Source of the DNA: a virus
Lineage: Duplodnaviria; Caudoviricetes
Strand: one strand, 5' to 3'
DNA length: 29,428 nt
IMG/VR virus record: IMGVR_UViG_3300032214_000073
Span: 1-29,428 of that record
How positions within the stretch are numbered: position 1 is the stretch's first letter; each line of letters begins with the position of its first letter. A program made the translations under genes and the position numbers. Below are positions 17,096 through 25,040 of the stretch, one piece after another. The notes under the pieces are model-generated. The model worked only from the letters and a program-made list of their open reading frames with translations. It was not told the DNA's origin and ran no database searches.

Positions 17096-17332
17096 TCCAG
17101 TTTTTTGTGCAAGAAACTTGACATCTTGCTTCAGCTTCTCTATATAAAGAGTAGCATCCATCAGCTCCTCCTGTAGATGGTTAAGCCATCCATGCAGATC
17201 TACATCCTTCCTATCCAGGTTAGTACCGTACTTAGCCTGCCCCCTCTTACTTCTCTCATAGTACTTAGCCATGACTGCCAATAGGATGCTATCCTTCTGC
17301 TTAATGGGCTCTTGTTCGTGTGTTATGTTCAT
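17090..17332 (-). CDS. Putative all-alpha nucleotide pyrophosphohydrolase-like protein
   Basis: GQAKYG and WLNHLQEELMDATLY (EExxD) motifs resemble MazG-like/dNTP-PPase helical proteins. Confidence 0.5.
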   Translation of the reverse strand: MNITHEQEPIKQKDSILLAVMAKYYERSKRGQAKYGTNLDRKDVDLHGWLNHLQEELMDATLYIEKLKQDVKFLAQKTGK

Positions 17333-17952
17333 TTGTTCTTTAATTGAGTTAATACTTCGTTATAGAATTCAGTAGCTAGGATTAATCTCTCAGCCATTTG
17401 TATCTCTATCTCCTTATCTCTTTCAAAGGTAATGGATGTGATACGCTTCTCAGGTGCAATATGATCCACATAGTGCAGTGCTCCATTCTCATACTCACCC
17501 ATAATCTCAGGAGCAGTAGTTACCATGACATAGCACAGCTCAAAAGATGGCATGTCATATAGCCACATGTAGGCACGTCCTTGCCATTCATAGTCAGATA
17601 GATCCTTTAGCTCATAGCTAGTAGCAGGGAACGTATCTAAGGACCATGAGGTCTTAATATCTATGATGGATGTATCAGTGATAATATCACAGCATCCGGA
17701 TAACCACTCATTCTCTACCCTGTCCTCATTCTTTTTGTAGTCCTCTAGCCTAACCAGGTTAAGTAGGTCAATACTGTCCTGCTCCTGAGCTAATCCCTTA
17801 GTGATGTACTTGCTGTTCACCTCACTCCTGTACTTAAAGAAATCCTCTTTCGCCTTTTGAATGATGTAGCTCTTAGCTGTTTGACTTAATGCCTCCCCCT
17901 TAGTCCTGGAGGAGGTCATTAATTTTCCTAATGATGATGCTCTAAATTTCAT
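17329..17952 (-). CDS. YqaJ/lambda-exonuclease-like PD-(D/E)XK nuclease
   Basis: FRASS, G..QE, SGCCD, IDIK and YEWQGRAYM motifs; coupled to the ERF gene as a two-component recombination module. Confidence 0.85.
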   Translation of the reverse strand: MKFRASSLGKLMTSSRTKGEALSQTAKSYIIQKAKEDFFKYRSEVNSKYITKGLAQEQDSIDLLNLVRLEDYKKNEDRVENEWLSGCCDIITDTSIIDIKTSWSLDTFPATSYELKDLSDYEWQGRAYMWLYDMPSFELCYVMVTTAPEIMGEYENGALHYVDHIAPEKRITSITFERDKEIEIQMAERLILATEFYNEVLTQLKNK

Positions 17953-18482
17953 AGTTGTGCCTCCTGCTCTTTAGTTAGGTTATACATCTCTTTAATCTGC
18001 TCAGGAGTAAACTTACCACTCTTCACTGCATTCAATGCCTTGGTCCATCGGTCACCATCTAGCGTAGGCTTTGCCTTAGGTGCCTTGCTTGCAGTCTCAC
18101 CGTCATCATCTACTGCCTGCAGGGATAGTAAACTAACTAGCGTATATCTGCGGAAGTAAGTAACTGCACTCCCTAGCTTTTGTGCATCCGTAATTGGAGG
18201 CAATGTCATGTATGACTCAAATCTATCCCCATTCTCAATGTCAATGATGATGGTATATACCTTGTCATCCTTAACCGGCTGCATTAAGATTAGGCCGCAG
18301 TCCATTAGGATAGGCTCAACGGTCTCAATGATGCTGTTAATATCAGCGTATGAACGCTTGAAATGTGGGTTAGTGGCATTCTTAATGACCTTACCCATTG
18401 ACTGCTTAGCACAGTGCAATTTTTGAAAGATGTTTAGTGCTGTTTTTGGCTCTTCAGCTTGAGCTGTTTTCCTTGTTGTCAT
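17949..18482 (-). CDS. erf: ERF-family single-strand annealing protein
   Basis: KNATNPHF..YA and the signature GSAVTYFRRYTLVSLLSL...DDDG. Confidence 0.9.
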   Translation of the reverse strand: MTTRKTAQAEEPKTALNIFQKLHCAKQSMGKVIKNATNPHFKRSYADINSIIETVEPILMDCGLILMQPVKDDKVYTIIIDIENGDRFESYMTLPPITDAQKLGSAVTYFRRYTLVSLLSLQAVDDDGETASKAPKAKPTLDGDRWTKALNAVKSGKFTPEQIKEMYNLTKEQEAQL

Positions 18483-18504
18483 AATTTTAAGGTGTTAATT
18501 TCTA

Positions 18505-18537
18505 CAAATATACAAATTAATTGCACTTATTTACAAA
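18505..18537 (-). promoter_or_regulatory. Bacteroidota-type promoter (-33 TTTG, -7 TATATTTG) for the recombination operon
   Basis: TTTG at 18537..18534, 21-nt spacer, TATATTTG at 18512..18505, then leader ATTAACACCTTAAAATT-ATG. Confidence 0.75.
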
Positions 18538-18975
18538 ATCATTAAAAAATTCAACGAAATCATCAAAGTTTCTAGCGATGTAATAGGTACCTCCTGCTTT
18601 CTCTATGTTCTCCTGGTATCTCTTCTGTGCTTCACTCTGCCTATCCTTGCCTATCTTGACCTCAATCTTAACTGAACGGCCTTTGATGGTAGCAGATATA
18701 TCGGCACTCCCTGCAGTAGAGGTGCCCTTTGTCCAGGTAACACCTAATACTCTGCCATCCGTAGCTGTTTTGGTACGAGCCACACCCATAGTGTTGATGC
18801 GTTCTGCTTGGTAGCCATGGTAATTGATATAATCACAGATTGCTTTGGTTAGGCCGTTGGCCGTTGAGTCTTTGTACATAGTTTTTGGGATATAATCAGG
18901 TGGTAAATTAGGGTGAGTGATTGCATAGCGTTTAATTTTTAACTCATGCATTAACGTTTTATATTCTTTTTTCAT
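18517..18975 (-). CDS. VRR-NUC domain nuclease (possible Holliday junction resolvase)
   Basis: GSADI...VKIEVK...RQSEAQK...GG pattern. Confidence 0.85.
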   Translation of the reverse strand: MKKEYKTLMHELKIKRYAITHPNLPPDYIPKTMYKDSTANGLTKAICDYINYHGYQAERINTMGVARTKTATDGRVLGVTWTKGTSTAGSADISATIKGRSVKIEVKIGKDRQSEAQKRYQENIEKAGGTYYIARNFDDFVEFFNDFVNKCN

Positions 18976-18983
18976 CTTATAGG

Positions 18984-19613
18984 TTAAAATAGTTTTTGTT
19001 GTGCCATGTGATTATTTAACCGTTCCATTGCCTTGTCATAGTATTCCTTGTCAAGTTCACATGCTGTTAGGTCAAAGCCATAGTCATGGCAGGCTATTGC
19101 AATACTTCCTGAGCCTAGATGAGTATCAAGTATTTTATCACCTTTCTTTGCGTATTTGTCAAGAATCCATTTGTAAAGTTTTATAGGGTTTTCAGTTGGG
19201 TGGAATGTATTTTGTGAAATTAATTGCGCTCTGTTTATTTCCACTTGACGTGTAACCGTTTCAAATGAAGTCCAAGCCATTTCACCATCGGACATAGTCA
19301 AGTCGTTTTGTCCTTTGTACCAAAAAACCCAAGCTTTTGTTGGTTCAAGATATTTCGTGAAATAATTACCCCCCCAAATAATCTGGTGTTTTGAAACACG
19401 AAACAATTCATTGAAGTATTCTTGTGAAGGAATTGAATTGTCCCAATTTTTTCTTGAATGTTCTTTTCGATTATGTTTCGGATTTTTATTAATACTTTTC
19501 TTTTGTCCGTCAATTCCAATCCCATAAGGCGGATCAACAATCGCCAAGTCGAAGTGTTTGTCAGGAAAGCGCGACATCAATTCCATGTTGTCTTCGTTTG
19601 TTATCTGTATCAT
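18984..19613 (-). CDS. DNA amino-methyltransferase (N6-A/N4-C, beta class)
   Basis: Catalytic DPPY precedes SAM-binding ILDTHLGSGS; HPTENP segment. Confidence 0.9.
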   Translation of the reverse strand: MIQITNEDNMELMSRFPDKHFDLAIVDPPYGIGIDGQKKSINKNPKHNRKEHSRKNWDNSIPSQEYFNELFRVSKHQIIWGGNYFTKYLEPTKAWVFWYKGQNDLTMSDGEMAWTSFETVTRQVEINRAQLISQNTFHPTENPIKLYKWILDKYAKKGDKILDTHLGSGSIAIACHDYGFDLTACELDKEYYDKAMERLNNHMAQQKLF

Positions 19614-19615
19614 GA

Positions 19616-21931
19616 TTAATCTTGTTTAGTGAGTTCAAAGTACCTGCCATGCTGGTCTCTATTTTTGGTGAATTTATAGCCTTTATAGCTTGCATAGGCT
19701 TGCACCCATTTGATGTACTTCCTGCTGTCAAGGTCTTTGAAGCCATTGGTATCTGCTTGAAATGCCTCAAATGATGCTTTGTTGTAGTGTCTAACATCCA
19801 ATGAGATATTCCCATCATGTACAAAGTCATAGAACTCTTTGCAGGTGTTTTGGATGAAACGCTTAGCATCTGCATTGATGGATACACTTCTCACCAATCC
19901 ATTCTGCAGGTACATCTGCAGGTTAGATAGCATGTAGTTATCAAAGTGAGCCCATTCATCTTTATTCCATTCATCAAACAATAGCTTGCCATACTCATCC
20001 TGTGGGTTACGTTGGCTATTAAAGTACTGAAAAAACTCTATCTCATGCCTCCTACGATCATGTGAGGTACCTGCACCACTGATAACATAGTTAGTAGTGA
20101 TAACTATCTTGGGTGAACGTTCAAATGGGATGTATATCTCATCCTTATTCTTTCGGTTTACCGGTATGCCCTCAGTAATCAGGGAGAATAACTGCTCAAA
20201 GTCAAAGTGCTTTTTAACATCATCAAATGCTAGCACCTGAGTATCCATATTAACACGTTGGTACACAAAATCATTCTTTGAGGGGTTGTAAGCCTTACCA
20301 TCTATCTTAATAATCTTGCGGATATTGCCGATGGCTGTCAACATCAAGCTCTTACCACTACCTCCATTAGGGTTATCATCAATCTCTTGGTCATTGAAAA
20401 TGATTGCCTTTTGGTCAGTCTTATCTTTGAACGTGTGGATGAGGTATCCAAGGGTTGACTCCATTGCTTTAATGCGTTGCTCATCCTGGGCTGAAACCTT
20501 ATGTACAAAATCTTGAAAATTATTATCATGAATCGCGATTCGGGTATAATTTCTTTTAATGATTTGCTCCCTCCAAATGTACCCATCTATATCAATGTAG
20601 CTCATTAGCTCCACTTTGTCCTTGGATACCTTGGCCACTCCATTAAGAAATGGGATATAAGATGAGTAGCGATCATCCTGCAGGATACGCATATCAATGG
20701 ACTCTAGCATGTTCAGGTGTGACTCGGTGAACAGCTGAGCACTCTTAGCACAGTGATTGTAGATATCAAGTTCACCCTTAGCTAGGCAGTACTTGAGTAC
20801 AAAGTCCTTGATTAACTCCACTGAGCTCTCACTAACCTTGTTTTCCTCAATGTAAACATAGGTAGGCTTGTTACTCCGTTCCGGATAGTACTTAGCAAAG
20901 CCATGTTTTTGTAGAAATTTAGCATAGTCATGCGGCACGATAGTAATTTTCTTGCCATCTGCCTGCCAAAATACGTCATCTGAGTTCTGCACCTCCTCTT
21001 TTACTGACTCAATGATTGAGCTACTAACACCTAGCTGTTTTTGGATGTCCTCATCCTTGATACCCTCTTTTAATTTTAGCTTTACTTTGTTAACAGTGTT
21101 GGCATCCTCAAAGTACCTGGTATTGAAGTTGCTACTTTTGTATGCATTGGCCACAGTGTTATTGATTTCACTCGCTGTGAAGTCCTCCTGTGCATATTGC
21201 AGGAGGTAATTCTTAGCAGCATACTGATCTACACCATACTCACACATGCAGCAGGCCACCTTAAAGGTCCAATTATTCCTGCCCTGTTCAAATACCCCAT
21301 GATTAAACTTCATGATGAGGTCAATGATACGGTCCTCATTAGCAATGGGTAGCACTGCTATCTTTTCTGCTTTGTGGTATCCCTTATCCTCGGTGATACC
21401 TTGAAACACATCACAGAACTCATTGAGATAGGCATCAGGGTCATAGCTTTCAAAGCATACCCTTGACACGTTGCTATTGGCCACGTCAAAATAATCACTT
21501 TGGATATATTCCTTGTATGCTTCAAACCTCCTCTTGTGTTCAAACTTATTGCTTTCAGGTGTACGGATAACTACCTTGAGTCCATTTCCACTGGGAGATG
21601 TGAACATCATGTAAACGTAGGGACATTCCTTAAGCCTGTTCCGTTCAGCTTTCAAGGTCTTGGCATCCGGATACTTATCAAAGTCCAGCACGCACAATCC
21701 TGAGTGCTGTATCAGGCCATCATCCTTACGCTCACTAAATGTGCCGTTGAACATGATAGCCATTAGCTGCATTTTGCTTTCTGCATCTCCTGCTCTTAGT
21801 TTCTTTATCTTATTAATCAGCTCGGGGTTTCCTTGCTTGATTCTGTTGTACACTTCTATGGCCTCAAGTGTGAAAGGCGTTTCTTTGGAGTTATACAAAC
21901 TCCTGAAAACTGATATTTTTGGGTTAAACAT
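19616..21931 (-). CDS. Primase-helicase (BT4734/VirE N-terminal domain + PriCT-like + SF3 helicase)
   Basis: HSGLCVLDFD and FTSPSGNGLK (VirE_N/BT4734-like), GRNN (PriCT-like), Walker A GGSGKS, Walker B LAFDD, motif C IVITTN. Confidence 0.85.
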   Translation of the reverse strand: MFNPKISVFRSLYNSKETPFTLEAIEVYNRIKQGNPELINKIKKLRAGDAESKMQLMAIMFNGTFSERKDDGLIQHSGLCVLDFDKYPDAKTLKAERNRLKECPYVYMMFTSPSGNGLKVVIRTPESNKFEHKRRFEAYKEYIQSDYFDVANSNVSRVCFESYDPDAYLNEFCDVFQGITEDKGYHKAEKIAVLPIANEDRIIDLIMKFNHGVFEQGRNNWTFKVACCMCEYGVDQYAAKNYLLQYAQEDFTASEINNTVANAYKSSNFNTRYFEDANTVNKVKLKLKEGIKDEDIQKQLGVSSSIIESVKEEVQNSDDVFWQADGKKITIVPHDYAKFLQKHGFAKYYPERSNKPTYVYIEENKVSESSVELIKDFVLKYCLAKGELDIYNHCAKSAQLFTESHLNMLESIDMRILQDDRYSSYIPFLNGVAKVSKDKVELMSYIDIDGYIWREQIIKRNYTRIAIHDNNFQDFVHKVSAQDEQRIKAMESTLGYLIHTFKDKTDQKAIIFNDQEIDDNPNGGSGKSLMLTAIGNIRKIIKIDGKAYNPSKNDFVYQRVNMDTQVLAFDDVKKHFDFEQLFSLITEGIPVNRKNKDEIYIPFERSPKIVITTNYVISGAGTSHDRRRHEIEFFQYFNSQRNPQDEYGKLLFDEWNKDEWAHFDNYMLSNLQMYLQNGLVRSVSINADAKRFIQNTCKEFYDFVHDGNISLDVRHYNKASFEAFQADTNGFKDLDSRKYIKWVQAYASYKGYKFTKNRDQHGRYFELTKQD

Positions 21932-21937
21932 AGGTTA

Positions 21938-21945
21938 CAAATATA
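21938..21945 (-). promoter_or_regulatory. Bacteroidota-type -7 element for the primase operon
   Basis: Minus strand TATATTTG-TAACCT-ATG(21931); TTG 18 nt upstream. Confidence 0.65.
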
Positions 21946-22130
21946 ATAAATGACGATAAATTCCAACTAATGACGATAAAATAAAATCATCGTCCACTCT
22001 ATAAGCTAATGCTGTATTGACTTACAGCTATTTATGGACGATAAGACGATAAATTTTCCAGAACGGAAACTTTTTTAGTGGTCTATATATTAAGTACCCC
22101 CCATAAGAGAACCGTCACATCGTCATACGG
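21946..22130. repeat. Iteron array, putative replication origin
   Basis: GACGATAA at 21952, 21972, 22037 and 22045; inverted ATCGTC at 21989 and 22119; AT-rich non-coding region directly upstream of the primase-helicase gene. Confidence 0.75.
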
Positions 22131-22134
22131 TCAT

Positions 22135-22160
22135 AAAAAAGAGGGAGCCTAAACCCCCTC
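22135..22160 (-). terminator. Rho-independent terminator ending the first early operon and the candidate sRNA
   Basis: Minus strand GAGGGGGT-TTAG-GCTCCCTC-TTTTTT. Confidence 0.85.
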
Positions 22161-22189
22161 CCCCATATTAACCCTTAAAAAATTATGGT
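22135..22189 (-). ncRNA. Candidate ~55-nt trans-acting antisense small RNA
   Basis: TATCTTTG at 22200..22193, then ACCATAATTTTTTAAGGGTTAATATGGGG plus terminator; the 5' part is complementary to the leaders at 18480..18499 and 24942..24961. Confidence 0.5.
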
Positions 22190-22646
22190 CCTCAAAGATA
22201 GATAGAATCTCGCTTACAGTCATCTTGTCTTGGAATTTTGTTAATAACTTTGGAGGCATATTCCCTGTGATTGTTACCCTTGCTTCCTCGTCACACATCG
22301 GCATAACACTGACATCAAAGATATTAATATCGTCTCTTTTCTGCTTAATTAGGTCAGGTAATGGGTGAATGTACTTGAGGTATCTCTCATCTTTTCTACC
22401 ATACCAATAGCTATGCTCTTTCATGCCATGAATTACGGAGCTATGATCTCGGTTAAAGAATTTACCAATCATGCTCAAGGTCATGTGCCGGTAGTTGTAC
22501 ATATAGTTGTACAGGTAGTACCTCTTGTATGCTGATATTTCTACCCTACTAGGTGTGTTTAGTTGGTATTCCAGGATAAGCTTCATTAGGTCCTCATTTT
22601 GTAGTTTTGTGAGCTCGAATACTGTCTCATCTATTTGTCCTCTCAT
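22149..22646 (-). CDS. DNA-binding protein with DnaA C-terminal-like HTH
   Basis: MTLSMIGKFFNRDHSSVIHG matches the DnaA domain IV signature (SLxxIGxxFxxRDHxTVxH); no AAA+ domain. Confidence 0.75.
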   Translation of the reverse strand: MRGQIDETVFELTKLQNEDLMKLILEYQLNTPSRVEISAYKRYYLYNYMYNYRHMTLSMIGKFFNRDHSSVIHGMKEHSYWYGRKDERYLKYIHPLPDLIKQKRDDINIFDVSVMPMCDEEARVTITGNMPPKLLTKFQDKMTVSEILSIFEDHNFLRVNMGEGV

Positions 22647-22837
22647 TTTTTCTCTATGTAATATTTGTAGTAATTATCTCGTTTTACGTTATACTCTAGC
22701 TTTTCAAATAGCTTAAGGTACCTGTATGCTGTCCTTTCACTTGTGCCTAAGTACCTAGCCATCCCCATTACGGTCCTGGGCTTTTCCTGTAGCATCTGCA
22801 GGAGTCTGAGCACCCTGTATATTTTGTGCTGGTTCAT
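22643..22837 (-). CDS. Small winged-HTH protein
   Basis: RVLRLLQML...TVMGMARYLGTSERTAYRYL is an HTH_11/DeoR-like pattern. Confidence 0.8.
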   Translation of the reverse strand: MNQHKIYRVLRLLQMLQEKPRTVMGMARYLGTSERTAYRYLKLFEKLEYNVKRDNYYKYYIEKK

Positions 22838-24147
22838 AATGGTAGATTATTAATAATTTTCTCTAATACTCTTACTACTATACTATTGCCTGCTTGCTTG
22901 TAGGCTTGACTATCTGATACAGGCCATGTAAATGTATCAGGGAAGTCCATTAATCGGAAGCATTCACGAGGAGTTAGTCTACGGATTTTGTAGTCATTGA
23001 TATAGCCTTGTGCATATCCATGTGTGCCAGCTGATAATGTAGGAGATATTCCATTTGTACTATAAACTTGAGATGCTTGTGTATCTTGATTTATATAACC
23101 AATGTTTTGAATTACCGCCTGATTGCATTGAGTATCCAAAGTCTGAGCTACTTGTTTACCTACTCTACCTCTTCTAGTTTCAGATCCTGGGAATGAAAAA
23201 TTAATACTATCTTCCTCAGTAGCTTCCTCATATCCTTTAAATGTGCCTGATTTGATTTTTATGGTATCCCAATTATGTTTATTAGACATGGTACCCTTTC
23301 CTCCTGTTCTAATTGTATTACATATTTCACTTCCTTGAAAATTGGTTACCTTAAGATATTGTTGATCACGTCCACCCATCTTAAAATATCCGGCGTGAAT
23401 ACATGCACTATTGTTAGGATTTTCATTTTCAATAATTGGATTTTTGTGATGGGCTAAAACATTAATCATTTTTTCACTCAAAAAATACTTATCATCTACA
23501 CTATCCTCTAGTACATCCTTTAATCTTTTAGTTAACTCCTCCTCATCTGGCCATGAGAATGTATTATCCTGATCATCTCTAATGCCTATTAAAAATACCC
23601 TTTCTCTATTTTGTGGAATTCCATGTTTTTTAGCATTCAATACTTTGTAATGAAGATGATAAGGTACAGCCCCATCTATTGGCATCATAGTAGTTATTCC
23701 ATTAACTGATTTACCTCCTAGGTAATCTATCCATTCCTTAAAAGTTCTGCCAATCTTATCCTTTTTATTATCCTTATCATGAGATAGTAACCCTCTTACA
23801 TTCTCAAAAATAAAGAAACGTGGATTATTAACCTGGATAAATTCTAAACTGTTAAAGAATAAAATACCTCTTGCATCCTCTTTACCTAATCTCTTACCTG
23901 CCATACTAAATGCTTGACATGGAGGTGATGTCATATAGATATCTAAACTCTCCTTTGGTATCTCTCTATCATATACATTCATAGGATAGTACTCCGGCTC
24001 TCCATAGTTATGGATGAATGTTTGCCTCGCATATTTATCCATATCACAGGAAAATACTTCCTGATAGTCTATCCCTAATCTCATTAGGGCTTGATTAAAC
24101 GCTCCTACTCCTGAGAAGTCGCTACCTATTTTAATTGTTGTTTTCAT
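22834..24147 (-). CDS. DNA (cytosine-5) methyltransferase with long variable region
   Basis: Motifs I FSGVG, IV PPCQAFS, VI ENV, VIII QNRER, IX RRLTPRECFRLM and X QAGNS. Confidence 0.95.
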   Translation of the reverse strand: MKTTIKIGSDFSGVGAFNQALMRLGIDYQEVFSCDMDKYARQTFIHNYGEPEYYPMNVYDREIPKESLDIYMTSPPCQAFSMAGKRLGKEDARGILFFNSLEFIQVNNPRFFIFENVRGLLSHDKDNKKDKIGRTFKEWIDYLGGKSVNGITTMMPIDGAVPYHLHYKVLNAKKHGIPQNRERVFLIGIRDDQDNTFSWPDEEELTKRLKDVLEDSVDDKYFLSEKMINVLAHHKNPIIENENPNNSACIHAGYFKMGGRDQQYLKVTNFQGSEICNTIRTGGKGTMSNKHNWDTIKIKSGTFKGYEEATEEDSINFSFPGSETRRGRVGKQVAQTLDTQCNQAVIQNIGYINQDTQASQVYSTNGISPTLSAGTHGYAQGYINDYKIRRLTPRECFRLMDFPDTFTWPVSDSQAYKQAGNSIVVRVLEKIINNLPL

Positions 24148-24287
24148 ATTTTTTCAATTACAAAGTGTCCGTAAACGTGAGTACCTGCTGCCCTGAATTG
24201 GTTAAGTTTCCAATGGCAGAGTGCTTTGGTAGGGAATTCATAGCTCTCTGCGAGCCTTGAGTCATAATAGTAGAGTAATCTGTACAT
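24144..24287 (-). CDS. Small hypothetical protein (47 aa)
   Basis: MYRLLYYYDSRLAESYEFPTKALCHWKLNQFRAAGTHVYGHFVIEKI*; ATGA overlap with the MTase start. Confidence 0.55.
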   Translation of the reverse strand: MYRLLYYYDSRLAESYEFPTKALCHWKLNQFRAAGTHVYGHFVIEKI

Positions 24288-24406
24288 GAGTTCTTACATT
24301 TTAAGTATTCTAAATAAAGGGAGGTATTAAAGGAGCCTCCCTTGTCTCCTGCGAATGACTGCTTGGTCCACCATCTGGCCATTTCTGTGAGGTCTCTATG
24401 CATCAT
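24158..24406 (-). CDS. Hypothetical protein (MMHRDLTEMARWW...)
   Basis: Part of track ORF 24158..24550; the start overlapping the upstream stop is preferred. Its 3' half overlaps 24144..24287, so the extent is uncertain. Confidence 0.4.
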   Translation of the reverse strand: MMHRDLTEMARWWTKQSFAGDKGGSFNTSLYLEYLKCKNSCTDYSTIMTQGSQRAMNSLPKHSAIGNLTNSGQQVLTFTDTL

Positions 24407-24686
24407 ACCTCCATTCATCTTCATCAAAGTAGTTGTCAAAGTCCTGCATATCTCTGACCATGTTAGTATCCTGGATGCACCAAATAATCTCTTCATTGAG
24501 TTGGTCAAGTTGCATGTCAGTAAGGATATAATCAAGCTCCACCTCACCAATAACCTGAGTAGCTTTTATTTCACTTAGCTCCACCTCATAGTCCTCATCG
24601 GTAATGTTAGTGATCTTGAACTCACAGCTCCCATGGAACTCATCAAAGTCAAAATAGGCTGTGTTGTTTTCTAATGTTACTTGCAT
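24396..24686 (-). CDS. Highly acidic small early protein
   Basis: 96 aa with about 27 D/E versus 4 K/R by hand count. Confidence 0.7.
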   Translation of the reverse strand: MQVTLENNTAYFDFDEFHGSCEFKITNITDEDYEVELSEIKATQVIGEVELDYILTDMQLDQLNEEIIWCIQDTNMVRDMQDFDNYFDEDEWRYDA

Positions 24687-24775
24687 ATCATAAAGATTAA
24701 AGTGTGATACATTAATACCATGGTACCCACGACCACAGCAAAACTTGCTACTACATCAAATAGTTCTTTTTTCAT
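24677..24775 (-). CDS. Small single-TM protein (32 aa)
   Basis: MKKELFDVVASFAVVVGTMVLMYHTLIFMICK*; ATGA overlap with the upstream gene. Confidence 0.55.
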   Translation of the reverse strand: MKKELFDVVASFAVVVGTMVLMYHTLIFMICK

Positions 24776-24939
24776 TTGTTTGCGTTTAGGATGGTTAAAA
24801 AATCTTCTGTGTTATCCAGTGCTGTCTGAGTCATTTCCTCAGTAGCTTCTACAAGCAGTTGCTCTAAGAATAAAGCAAGTGTTTCTGCGTTGTTTTGGTT
24901 GGTCTTGATAAAGTCAAGGGCTCTTTCAAACTGTTTCAT
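24772..24939 (-). CDS. First early gene, small acidic helical protein (55 aa)
   Basis: MKQFERALDFIKTNQNNAETLALFLEQLLVEATEEMTQTALDNTEDFLTILNANK*; follows a full Bacteroidota-type promoter and A/T-rich leader. Confidence 0.7.
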   Translation of the reverse strand: MKQFERALDFIKTNQNNAETLALFLEQLLVEATEEMTQTALDNTEDFLTILNANK

Positions 24940-24966
24940 AAATAATTTTTAAGTGTTAATACCTGA

Positions 24967-24996
24967 CAAAGATATAAAAAGTTTCATAACTGCAAA
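24967..24996 (-). promoter_or_regulatory. Bacteroidota-type early promoter (-33 TTTG, -7 TATCTTTG)
   Basis: TTTG at 24996..24993, 18-nt spacer, TATCTTTG at 24974..24967; a second TAAATTTG at 25034..25027. Confidence 0.75.
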
Positions 24997-25040
24997 ACAT
25001 TTTGCACAAAAAAATTTAATTTTCCACAAATTTAAGATAA

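Noticed and set aside
17329-17952. Cas4 or CRISPR-associated nuclease
   Set aside because: Lacks the four-Cys cluster pattern and is coupled to erf, fitting a recombination exonuclease.
19561-19887. Minus-strand 108-aa ORF bridging primase and MTase (also 19298..19540, 20344..20586)
   Set aside because: Fully overlaps well-supported genes in another frame and has no motifs.
22149-22646. True DnaA initiator
   Set aside because: Only the C-terminal HTH signature is present; no AAA+ Walker motifs.
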